Positions 18,627 through 25,741 of a DNA stretch of 45,418 bases are shown here, one piece after another (the stretch's first letter is position 1; each line of letters opens with the position of its first letter). The DNA lies in IMG/VR virus record IMGVR_UViG_3300020388_000004, positions 1 through 45,418 of that record, one strand, 5' to 3'. Origin of the DNA: a virus. Lineage: Duplodnaviria > Caudoviricetes. Position numbers and translations under genes: made by a program. Below the pieces are notes generated by a model, which saw nothing but the letters and a program-made list of their open reading frames with translations, was not told the origin of the DNA and did not search any database.

Positions 18627-19353
18627 TAATGCGCTCCTTTGCTATCTCGAAATACTTATCATCTAACTCAATACCGATGAAGTTACGGTTTAGGTTTTTA
18701 GCTGCTACGCCTGTCGACCCACTTCCCATAAACGGATCGAGAACGGTCTGACCTTCGGATGAGTGATTTGTAATGAACTTCTCCATCAGCTCAACTGGCT
18801 TGCATGTCGGGTGTCCAAACTCTGACTTATCCTTCTTGTTTACCTTCGAGGTGTAGACCATGCTTTTGGTGTGATAGTTACCGAGTATCTTTGACTTGTT
18901 GCCTTTGATGTAAATCCAATACTCAACGTCATTTAGGTACTTACAGTTACAAAGTGGTGCGGGGTTTGTTTTGTGCCAAACGCCAATGCCATATTGAAGC
19001 TTGTTCTCCTCAGCCCAAGTAATGTACTCAATAACCTGCTTTGTTGAGCATGTGAATACACCACAGAACTTTTGTTTTTTGTCAAATAGTGATAGGCACG
19101 AGTCAAGAAACATCGATGTATTAATCCCGTCAATCATGTCGTCAGCTCTAACCTCTTCCATGAACTTGCGGCCGCCTTTACCCATCATTCCGCCACCCTT
19201 ACTCTTTGATAGCTCATAAGGTGGATCGGTTAGAATCATTGAAATTGAATTATCAGGAATAAACTTCATTGCATTTAAGCAGTCATCATTTATTAATGTA
19301 TTTGGCTCAATCTGCAATCCTTCGGTCAGCTCATCTCTTTTTAATGTAATCAC
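18616..19353 (-). CDS. DNA amino-methyltransferase (N4C/N6A, class beta)
   Basis: ILTDPPY (motif IV) precedes VLDPFMGSGSTG (motif I); HPTCKP and FIGIELD. Confidence 0.93.
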   Translation of the reverse strand: MITLKRDELTEGLQIEPNTLINDDCLNAMKFIPDNSISMILTDPPYELSKSKGGGMMGKGGRKFMEEVRADDMIDGINTSMFLDSCLSLFDKKQKFCGVFTCSTKQVIEYITWAEENKLQYGIGVWHKTNPAPLCNCKYLNDVEYWIYIKGNKSKILGNYHTKSMVYTSKVNKKDKSEFGHPTCKPVELMEKFITNHSSEGQTVLDPFMGSGSTGVAAKNLNRNFIGIELDDKYFEIAKERINGK

Positions 19354-19916
19354 AACGCTTTCTCCAATGTTAAATCTGAAAAATAAACGCCATGCTCGGT
19401 CTTTTTGCTTTTACCACCAACAACTCTACCAACCACCGACTTGTCCATCCCAACAATTTTCCCTATCTCTGTATTTGTCACGCCTTGTGCTTTAAGCTCT
19501 AAAACCTTATTCGCTCTAGCCTCTTGAACCTCATTTAGATACTTACCTTTAAATGCATCAACTCTAACAGAAAGCGTTGACGGCATATCATGCATAGAAA
19601 CATAGCCAACCTGCCTAGTATCTACACAAACCAACGCAAACAAATCTACATCATCTCCAGAATAAGAAGATCGACCACCTTTACCGCATTTTCTAATATT
19701 AAAAGTGTAGGAAGGATAATGGTTCTTCCTTTGTGGCGTTGCGCTATGAGTCCTAGTTGTCTTAACTTGTATTCTTGTTAACTTTCCATCTATATCAGCT
19801 ATTAAATCATACGGTAAACCTTGCTCAGTCATAAAAGCGGTAAACCCCTTCGTTATTAAGTCAAAGCAAACTAGATGCTCGCCAGCGACACCAATCATTA
19901 AATCGTTATTATTCAT
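19350..19916 (-). CDS. PD-(D/E)XK homing-type endonuclease (PDDEXK_5/I-Ssp6803I-like) with C-terminal HTH
   Basis: GVAGEHLV..L...G..PYDLIAD....RIQVKT..YSGDDVDLFA; C-terminal GVTNTEIGKIVGMDKSVVGRVV helix-turn-helix. Confidence 0.8.
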   Translation of the reverse strand: MNNNDLMIGVAGEHLVCFDLITKGFTAFMTEQGLPYDLIADIDGKLTRIQVKTTRTHSATPQRKNHYPSYTFNIRKCGKGGRSSYSGDDVDLFALVCVDTRQVGYVSMHDMPSTLSVRVDAFKGKYLNEVQEARANKVLELKAQGVTNTEIGKIVGMDKSVVGRVVGGKSKKTEHGVYFSDLTLEKAL

Positions 19917-19937
19917 AAACACCCCTATAGTTGAATA

Positions 19938-20030
19938 TCAATAATAACATGATTTCAAAATCATATCAACTGAACCGCTATCAATCTCTTTCATGCGCTC
20001 AAGGCAGTCGCCTTTCATTAGGTTAATCAT
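19938..20030 (-). pseudogene. Orphaned 5' stub of a DNA methyltransferase
   Basis: MINLMKGDCLERMKEIDSGSVDMIL-KSCYY*; typical beta-class MTase N-terminus that stops just before TDPPY. Confidence 0.85.
19941..19969 (-). promoter_or_regulatory. Sigma70-like promoter with palindromic spacer, upstream of endonuclease-MTase
   Basis: TTGATA-17 bp-TATTAT with TG extension; ATGATTT-TG-AAATCAT inverted repeat at 19949-19964. Confidence 0.6.
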
Positions 20031-20119
20031 TATATTTCTCTCATAGTCCAATCTAAGCGTGGGTGGTATATAGACCCATTCTCTAGATTTAAAGTTATAG
20101 TATTTATCTATCAAGTATT

Positions 20120-20499
20120 GCCACGAGAGTTTAGGACTCCCCAGACCGTATTAGACAACCCTTTTGTGTGAGACGTGACTCTCGGGTGAAAACTGTCTTA
20201 CTACCACCAATAACGTGAGCATTTATCGCCGCTTAAGCTTAGATAGATAAAAAGTTGTGCGCCATGTTACCTACATGAACCAAGGTGAATCTTGTTGCTT
20301 CGCGTTTAGTTTTAAATGGTAAACTGCGCTAAAAAGACATTAGCGACTTGGAGTGATTTTCTGATAGGCAATAAAAAAGGATTTAGCAGAAAACTTGTTG
20401 AGACCGGTTAATCAAATATTTAGACTAACACCAAGCTTTCTAGTAAATCCTCTCACTTGTCTCATCGGGGTCTCACGCCAAATCAACTCCGTAATTATA
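20120..20499 (-). ncRNA. Candidate structured non-coding RNA/attenuator region
   Basis: No convincing ORF; TATAAT at 20499-20494; long stem 20450-20379 ending in T-run; TGAGAC/GTCTCA complementary boxes; several further hairpins. Confidence 0.45.
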
Positions 20500-20534
20500 A
20501 CCCCATCCGCTTACGTTAGCAAATGGGGCTTGGG

Positions 20535-20621
20535 TTACAATCCAATACCAACAGCTAGACCAAGAAGAAACGCAACAACTAAAACCTGAATTCCAACTAA
20601 AATAATCGCCTTGTTAATCAT
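20535..20621 (-). CDS. 28-aa single-pass membrane peptide
   Basis: MINKAIILVGIQVLVVAFLLGLAVGIGL*; GGAGAG RBS. Confidence 0.6.
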   Translation of the reverse strand: MINKAIILVGIQVLVVAFLLGLAVGIGL

Positions 20622-20642
20622 CACACACTCTCCGTTAAATAG

Positions 20643-20921
20643 TTAATCTGCTTTCTTCTCAATGTAGAACTTAATTGTTTTCGTGTCGTAACCTCTCTTT
20701 TCTAACTCTTCAATAAAGCTAGGGTCAAATACAGCCTTGCTATTGACATGGTCATGTCGACACTGCGTTGATGTAAATTGCTGCATAACTAGAGCTCTAT
20801 CACATCGTGGTACATCATCACCAAACAGAACCAAGTAATCTAACTCCCCATCTAGCCTCCCATACTGAAACTTAATTGCACCTGCCTTTGGTGGTCTTGG
20901 CGTTCCAATTCTCTTACTCAT
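20643..20921 (-). CDS. Hypothetical protein
   Basis: 92 aa; GGAGG RBS; SFIEELEKRGYD motif. Confidence 0.7.
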   Translation of the reverse strand: MSKRIGTPRPPKAGAIKFQYGRLDGELDYLVLFGDDVPRCDRALVMQQFTSTQCRHDHVNSKAVFDPSFIEELEKRGYDTKTIKFYIEKKAD

Positions 20922-20929
20922 AGACCCTC

Positions 20930-21133
20930 CTACTTACACGCCAAACTACGATTGTGAACTGTACGCATGTTACCCTTCATTTCACCACTAACAGCAGCCA
21001 TGAAGTCGTCTAGCTTCTCTAGAAACACGCGCTTTTCTCTCACAGCTACCAGTTTACTCTTGCTCATGCGGTCTTGAGTTCCGCGTCTAGGTTTGAATGG
21101 GTCTGTGATGTATTTGCCGTCTACGTAACTCAT
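20930..21133 (-). CDS. Hypothetical protein
   Basis: 67-aa ORF in a tightly packed operon. Confidence 0.6.
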   Translation of the reverse strand: MSYVDGKYITDPFKPRRGTQDRMSKSKLVAVREKRVFLEKLDDFMAAVSGEMKGNMRTVHNRSLACK

Positions 21134-21288
21134 AACAACCCCACTCGCTTATATGACTTAACTTGCTTCTTGGTGAATCGCCCCGGCTTCTCATTGTTAC
21201 GCGCTGCAATCTTCCAGATTTCCTGACCTTGTGGAATCTGCTTAGGGTTTGATTCAAATGCTTCTAGGATTAGCTCTTCAGTTGTCAT
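21130..21288 (-). CDS. Hypothetical protein (52 aa)
   Basis: Below cutoff; MTTEELILEAFESNPK..GLL*; overlaps both neighbours. Confidence 0.6.
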   Translation of the reverse strand: MTTEELILEAFESNPKQIPQGQEIWKIAARNNEKPGRFTKKQVKSYKRVGLL

Positions 21289-21497
21289 TATTTTTCACCT
21301 TCTTCTTTGTGTGTGTATGCGCTGATTAATTCATTTAAAACATCATCCTTGGTAATCTTGCGCGCCTTATTGCCAAAGTGTTGTTTGTTTTTATGGTTTA
21401 GCATATCCACCAAGTTATCGAACCTTTCCTTAGTGTCTACATAAACACCTACACTAGCTCGCTCTTTTGATTTCGGTATTGATTTTTGAATCGCCAT
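21288..21497 (-). CDS. Putative ribbon-helix-helix DNA-binding protein
   Basis: RASVGVYVDTKERFD..ITKDDVLNELI beta-helix-helix pattern; first gene from a divergent promoter. Confidence 0.5.
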   Translation of the reverse strand: MAIQKSIPKSKERASVGVYVDTKERFDNLVDMLNHKNKQHFGNKARKITKDDVLNELISAYTHKEEGEK

Positions 21498-21623
21498 TTT
21501 AATTCCTATTGGTTGCGTTTGATTAAATACTAATGGTTATGAAAAATAGTTGCAAGAAAAAGTTATAATTAATTTGACTACAACATTTAGTTAAGGCTAA
21601 GATAGCTACATCAAAACAACAGA
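21498..21623. promoter_or_regulatory. Divergent promoter region
   Basis: AT-rich; TTGACT..TAAGAT on plus and TTGCAA-17-TAGTAT on minus. Confidence 0.5.
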
Positions 21624-21821
21624 GTGATGAAGAAGATGGCGTTACAGAAAGCGAGCCCAGCAGATTTAAGAAAGGCTATAGAAATGGCTAACCACTTCGT
21701 AAAAAATGGGATTAACTTTGTTCCAGTTCCGATTTGCGGTGATGGCGATGAGGTGTTAGCTATTGATATGCTAACTACCAATTTAAATAAGATGGAAAAA
21801 TTAGCGGAGTTAGAAAAATGA
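21624..21821 (+). CDS. Hypothetical protein
   Basis: 65 aa; first gene of plus-strand island. Confidence 0.65.
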   Translation: MMKKMALQKASPADLRKAIEMANHFVKNGINFVPVPICGDGDEVLAIDMLTTNLNKMEKLAELEK

Positions 21822-22144
21822 GAATTAACGTAGTTATAGTTGATGAAAATGACAATATAACCCAAACAGTAACAAGGTTAAGTATGATTCATGACATGAT
21901 TGACGCTAGTTACATCAGTGGTCAATCAATTAACAATATGTCGTTTACAGAGTGCTCAGTTGGAGTAATGAGCAAGGGTAACAATAGAGCGTTCATTGTT
22001 GAATCACACGGTAGACGTGTGACAATGAGGCAGGTAATGCCACCTAAAACATATGATGAGCTAGATGAAATTAGAAATTTCGTTAGGGAATTTAATGGGA
22101 CTCAAAACGGAAACCTACTAGCAAAAACTCGAGGTGAAAAATGA
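21818..22144 (+). CDS. Hypothetical protein
   Basis: 108 aa; ATGA overlap. Confidence 0.65.
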   Translation: MRINVVIVDENDNITQTVTRLSMIHDMIDASYISGQSINNMSFTECSVGVMSKGNNRAFIVESHGRRVTMRQVMPPKTYDELDEIRNFVREFNGTQNGNLLAKTRGEK

Positions 22145-22217
22145 AACTAGTCCCAATCAAACAGCCAATACTTCGATCGTATGGTCGAGTTTATGAATTG
22201 AGAAATAGGAAGGTGAA

Positions 22218-22556
22218 GTGATGAATTACGAAGAGATGAGCGATTTTGAGATTAATAAAGAAGTGGCGTTACTTGTAAATAATAATATCGTATTTACTGA
22301 TGATAGCTTTGTTTATCTAGATACGGATGATGATTCCATTGTCGACTATTGCAGCAACCCGTCAGACGCATGGCCTATTATGGCTGAGAATGGAATCGCC
22401 ACTATTCCAACTGGAAGATTAACAGTGTGGTGTGCAATCCATAACCCACAGATAGATAGAAATAATCAAATCCATGCAAATATATTGGAGTATGGAAAAA
22501 ACCCACTACGCGCTGCAATGATTTGCTTCTTAAAAATGAAGGATGTGGAAAAATGA
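22218..22556 (+). CDS. ninX: NinX-family protein
   Basis: YEEMSDFEIN..DYCSNPSDAWPI..NPLRAAMICFLKM. Confidence 0.82.
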   Translation: MMNYEEMSDFEINKEVALLVNNNIVFTDDSFVYLDTDDDSIVDYCSNPSDAWPIMAENGIATIPTGRLTVWCAIHNPQIDRNNQIHANILEYGKNPLRAAMICFLKMKDVEK

Positions 22557-22780
22557 GTGAATTAAGCGTAAGTGCAAAACTAAGAATGATGGCAAAAGGG
22601 CTTGCAGTAAATGGCGATGTTATTAGCGCTGATAGGCTGGCAAGACTGGCGATTCAATTAGATGAAGAAAAGAAACAACCAACCATAGCTGACTACATCA
22701 AAGATAACGAAGCTGCATGGAAGAAGTGTCACCGAAGTATGGTCAATATTAGCGAACTTAAACGAATTGCGGGAGTGTGA
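22553..22780 (+). CDS. Hypothetical protein
   Basis: ATG overlapping NinX stop (MSELSVSAKL..). Confidence 0.6.
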   Translation: MSELSVSAKLRMMAKGLAVNGDVISADRLARLAIQLDEEKKQPTIADYIKDNEAAWKKCHRSMVNISELKRIAGV

Positions 22781-22782
22781 TT

Positions 22783-22944
22783 GTGTCCAAAAGTAAAAAC
22801 AAAAGAAAAAATGGAAAGGTTAAAAAGTTGAATCCCAAATCAAAACTTGGCTACAGAATTTCAGGTTATGATGTCTATAGTCAGGCCGATATAGATAGAA
22901 ATAATAGGCTAGCAATGATAGAGATGGCCAGTAACAAAATGTAA
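22783..22944 (+). CDS. Small basic hypothetical protein (53 aa)
   Basis: GTG start after GGGAG; SKSKNKRKNGKVKK.. Confidence 0.55.
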   Translation: MSKSKNKRKNGKVKKLNPKSKLGYRISGYDVYSQADIDRNNRLAMIEMASNKM

Positions 22945-22948
22945 AACT

Positions 22949-22975
22949 AAGCCCCGCCAATCGACGGGGCTTTTA
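22949..22975. terminator. Bidirectional terminator between convergent operons
   Basis: AAGCCCCG-CCAATCGA-CGGGGCTTTT. Confidence 0.75.
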
Positions 22976-23185
22976 TTATTGGTTAACTTCGGCGTCATAC
23001 CGCTTGATGAGAAACTCCTGATTGGTTTTTATCTCAACCAGAAGTTCATACATCTTATCCTCTTTACTTTCCAATCTGTGCTTGGTGTTTGCTTGCACTG
23101 AGCTGTAAACATCCACCGAACCCATAATTAGGCCAGCTAGAAGAATGACAGCAACACCGCTGCAGATAGTTTTTGCTACTGTCAT
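22976..23185 (-). CDS. Small membrane protein (N-terminal TM plus coiled coil)
   Basis: ICSGVAVILLAGLIMG hydrophobic segment. Confidence 0.6.
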   Translation of the reverse strand: MTVAKTICSGVAVILLAGLIMGSVDVYSSVQANTKHRLESKEDKMYELLVEIKTNQEFLIKRYDAEVNQ

Positions 23186-23189
23186 GGCG

Positions 23190-23744
23190 CTAACCGGCTG
23201 GAGTTATCTTCACTGCGAACATGATCAGATCGGTCAGAATTAAATCGCCCGCCGTGTTCGATGACACCTGTACGCTTACCTTCTCGCCCGGAGCGATACT
23301 ACCAAAAACCACGGTAGAGAAACCAATTGCGGGCGATACTCCGCCAAAGGAGACGCCAACAGGGTAGAACTTAATTCCACCTGTAAACTCTTGCCCTGAA
23401 TCGCTAGCAATCTTTAGTCCAATATAGGTATCAAGGAATGCAGGGTTTGTAGCCGTAATTGTCCCGCTAAAGTCTATTCGATATGATTGCTGGTCAACCC
23501 CTACGTGCTCAACTTCTGCTGTATTGGTTCCAGCAGATGAGAAATCAACATCGTAACCAGGAGCTGGCGCCACCATCTGACTTGTTAGGTTTGCCGTTAC
23601 AAAATTGTCAGGGATTGCTGTGACAGAGGTTGTTGCTGTGTCGTTGTTGGTTACTAATATATTTGATGGAGCGCCGGAAAACTCAGAAGGGCCACCTCCA
23701 TTTTCACCCCTTGCGAATCCGTCAATTGGTATTATTCCAGCCAT
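23190..23744 (-). CDS. Putative virion fibre/decoration protein (beta-sandwich)
   Basis: T/S/G/V-rich, low charge, GGG linker, jelly-roll-like strand pattern. Confidence 0.5.
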   Translation of the reverse strand: MAGIIPIDGFARGENGGGPSEFSGAPSNILVTNNDTATTSVTAIPDNFVTANLTSQMVAPAPGYDVDFSSAGTNTAEVEHVGVDQQSYRIDFSGTITATNPAFLDTYIGLKIASDSGQEFTGGIKFYPVGVSFGGVSPAIGFSTVVFGSIAPGEKVSVQVSSNTAGDLILTDLIMFAVKITPAG

Positions 23745-24010
23745 TAGTATTCCACCTCTAATTTACCTAGGTCACCATCCACGGATGCGCGAACCCAACA
23801 CTCACTTGCGCCAGGTTCAGATCGAAAGAATTTACCAACGCCAAATTGAAACCCTTCGATGGTGCTATCTGGAGTTGTTGTGGATGTTGCAACTTTAACA
23901 CCTCGGCCTCTAGATACCTGAGCGTCAATCTGAGTGCCAATAGCTGCTCCAGATAGGTCGTTTAATGATTGCCAATCTTCAGTTATGCTGATTGTTTTTT
24001 GAGTAGCCAT
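23744..24010 (-). CDS. Putative small virion protein
   Basis: 88 aa beta-rich; strong AAGGAGG RBS. Confidence 0.5.
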   Translation of the reverse strand: MATQKTISITEDWQSLNDLSGAAIGTQIDAQVSRGRGVKVATSTTTPDSTIEGFQFGVGKFFRSEPGASECWVRASVDGDLGKLEVEY

Positions 24011-24114
24011 TACGAGCCTCCTTGATTGAAGTCTGTAATATTTTGCGGGGATAGAATGAAATCTGCCACGGTTTAGTCCTCATTAGAGTAACGGCTTCCA
24101 TAGCAGATAACACA

Positions 24115-24441
24115 TTATAGCGTAGGCTTGATGAACTTGTCATGTGCCATTAAGCACAGCTCATTCATGCTGTTTTTATCTGGGTATTCGTGAGCGAGTT
24201 TAATCATGTTGCGTGATGACCTGTCGATCTTATTTCTATCACCCAGGTAGATGGCATATGAGGATGACATCTTTTGGTGTTCAGATAAGAATTGACCTGC
24301 CTTTTCTGAATCCCCTTGCTCCTCGTAATGCCAGTAACAAGCATAGAACCCAGCTAGCATATTCTCTATCTGGTACGAACGATCTTCAGCAAAAGAGGGA
24401 AGCGCCACCATCAAGGCAGTTAGTGCGATTAGTTTCTTCAT
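24115..24441 (-). CDS. Secreted/periplasmic protein with Sec signal peptide
   Basis: MKKLIALTALMVALPSFA-E signal peptide; two Cys in mature part. Confidence 0.7.
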   Translation of the reverse strand: MKKLIALTALMVALPSFAEDRSYQIENMLAGFYACYWHYEEQGDSEKAGQFLSEHQKMSSSYAIYLGDRNKIDRSSRNMIKLAHEYPDKNSMNELCLMAHDKFIKPTL

Positions 24442-24443
24442 GA

Positions 24444-24701
24444 TTAAACCCTATTTAGTAGAATGTGACGTGGAGCAACTAAACCAAACTTAACACCGCG
24501 ATCGATGCTGAGAATGTTGATATTGCACTCGTTGATGTCTATTTCGACTTGTTCGGGAATCTTTTTGACTTGCATTTCGCCATTGATTCGCAATACGCAA
24601 GTGGGGTGATTGTGTGAGATAAGAGTGATGATGCATTCTACATCGGTGACTTCGTTGTATACGCGAAAGGATTCGCCGGTGTTGCGAAACAGGGTAAGCA
24701 T
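24444..24701 (-). CDS. CsrA/RsmA-like RNA-binding protein, internally expanded
   Basis: MLTLFRNTGESFRV and INILSIDRGVKFGLVAPRHILLNR match the CsrA N- and C-terminal signatures. Confidence 0.65.
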   Translation of the reverse strand: MLTLFRNTGESFRVYNEVTDVECIITLISHNHPTCVLRINGEMQVKKIPEQVEIDINECNINILSIDRGVKFGLVAPRHILLNRV

Positions 24702-24721
24702 ACTATATCCTCCATGGTGTT

Positions 24722-24762
24722 ATAGCCCGATCAATCATATCGGGCTATTAGAGGTATTGCAA
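24722..24762 (-). promoter_or_regulatory. Sigma70-like promoter with -10 inside a perfect 10-bp inverted repeat
   Basis: TTGCAA-17-TATGAT; ATAGCCCGAT-7 nt-ATCGGGCTAT. Confidence 0.55.
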
Positions 24763-24778
24763 ATATTAGACCGTGATA

Positions 24779-25021
24779 TTACTCGCTATCCCAATTCGCT
24801 ATCTCAACATTAAAACCACAAGACTGAAGTAGCGCTGTTGAGTGCTTATGCCGCTCACCATAAAATGTGTGAGTGCTTAGGTACTTCCTTCTATCGGAAA
24901 ACTTATCACTCTTTGGGTTCTTGGTAATTATCCATCCGTTGCAATCTCCGATTTCAAGGCGGTGCGTGTCTGACTCTAGCACTTGCGCGAGCTCGTCCCA
25001 TGTGCTTATTAACTTAGTCAT
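24779..25021 (-). CDS. Hypothetical protein
   Basis: 80 aa; YLSTHTFY motif. Confidence 0.65.
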   Translation of the reverse strand: MTKLISTWDELAQVLESDTHRLEIGDCNGWIITKNPKSDKFSDRRKYLSTHTFYGERHKHSTALLQSCGFNVEIANWDSE

Positions 25022-25023
25022 AC

Positions 25024-25308
25024 TTATACATCCTCTCCCTTTCTAGCGTTCGTTGTTCTTACTCGTTCAAAATCGTGGTGGTCGTCATTATTCATCGATA
25101 TCCCACCCGTTACAGATAGCATGATTAGGAATGTTGCAGCTAGATACCGCTTAACCCAATCCTCTGTTTTCTTCCAGCTCTGACTTATCTCAAATACTGC
25201 GTCATCACCTATAACCATTTGCTCCGTGTTTTGAGGCTTGTTTTTAGCAAAGTCTATTGCTGCTTGTTGTTCCTCTGGTGTTATGTCGGCAAGTATTCGA
25301 GTGTTCAT
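25024..25308 (-). CDS. Hypothetical membrane protein
   Basis: YLAATFLIMLSVTGGI TM segment. Confidence 0.6.
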   Translation of the reverse strand: MNTRILADITPEEQQAAIDFAKNKPQNTEQMVIGDDAVFEISQSWKKTEDWVKRYLAATFLIMLSVTGGISMNNDDHHDFERVRTTNARKGEDV

Positions 25309-25309
25309 G

Positions 25310-25519
25310 TTAAGCTCTCTCTACCTTTACATCGACTGAATCAAAAACCTTTCCGTTAAACAGGTAGTCTCCAGTCCCATTACTTTCGATAACTCCATCG
25401 ATTTCATCATGAAGTGCAAAAGCATCTTCTGGGTTGTCGAACTCCTGATAATTTTCAGCGTCATTTAACTCACCGAAAGACCAATCCTCTAGAACAACCG
25501 TGTATTTAAATCCCATCAC
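25310..25519 (-). CDS. Acidic hypothetical protein
   Basis: 69 aa, D/E-rich. Confidence 0.6.
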   Translation of the reverse strand: MMGFKYTVVLEDWSFGELNDAENYQEFDNPEDAFALHDEIDGVIESNGTGDYLFNGKVFDSVDVKVERA

Positions 25520-25741
25520 TCACCCTCTCTTTGTTATAAATGATGGATTTGAACCGCTGGTGATGATCCTTTCAATCTCTTTGTCTTGTCGCCTCTTTTC
25601 CTCATCAAGAAGGTGAACGCACAAGTAACTTAGCATTTGCTCCTTACTGAATCCGTTTATGTACGCGCTTTCACAAGCAGCCCTAAACAAAACATTGCTC
25701 CTATACAACTCATACTCTATATCAGTTAACTCGTACATCAC
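25520..25741 (-). CDS. Hypothetical protein
   Basis: 73-aa ORF in operon. Confidence 0.6.
   Translation of the reverse strand: MMYELTDIEYELYRSNVLFRAACESAYINGFSKEQMLSYLCVHLLDEEKRRQDKEIERIITSGSNPSFITKRG

Noticed and set aside
18616-19916. Ordinary type II restriction-modification pair
   Set aside because: The nuclease resembles the homing PDDEXK_5 type and the broken MTase stub upstream points to insertion; disfavoured but not fully excluded
19230-19955. Group I intron or intein in the MTase
   Set aside because: The interval is filled by the nuclease ORF and a duplicate MTase N-terminus; no space for a ribozyme core and no in-frame intein
24050-24110. Known riboswitch or self-cleaving ribozyme
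   Set aside because: Lacks the hammerhead, twister and c-di-GMP consensus cores I can recognise; kept only as an unassigned hairpin
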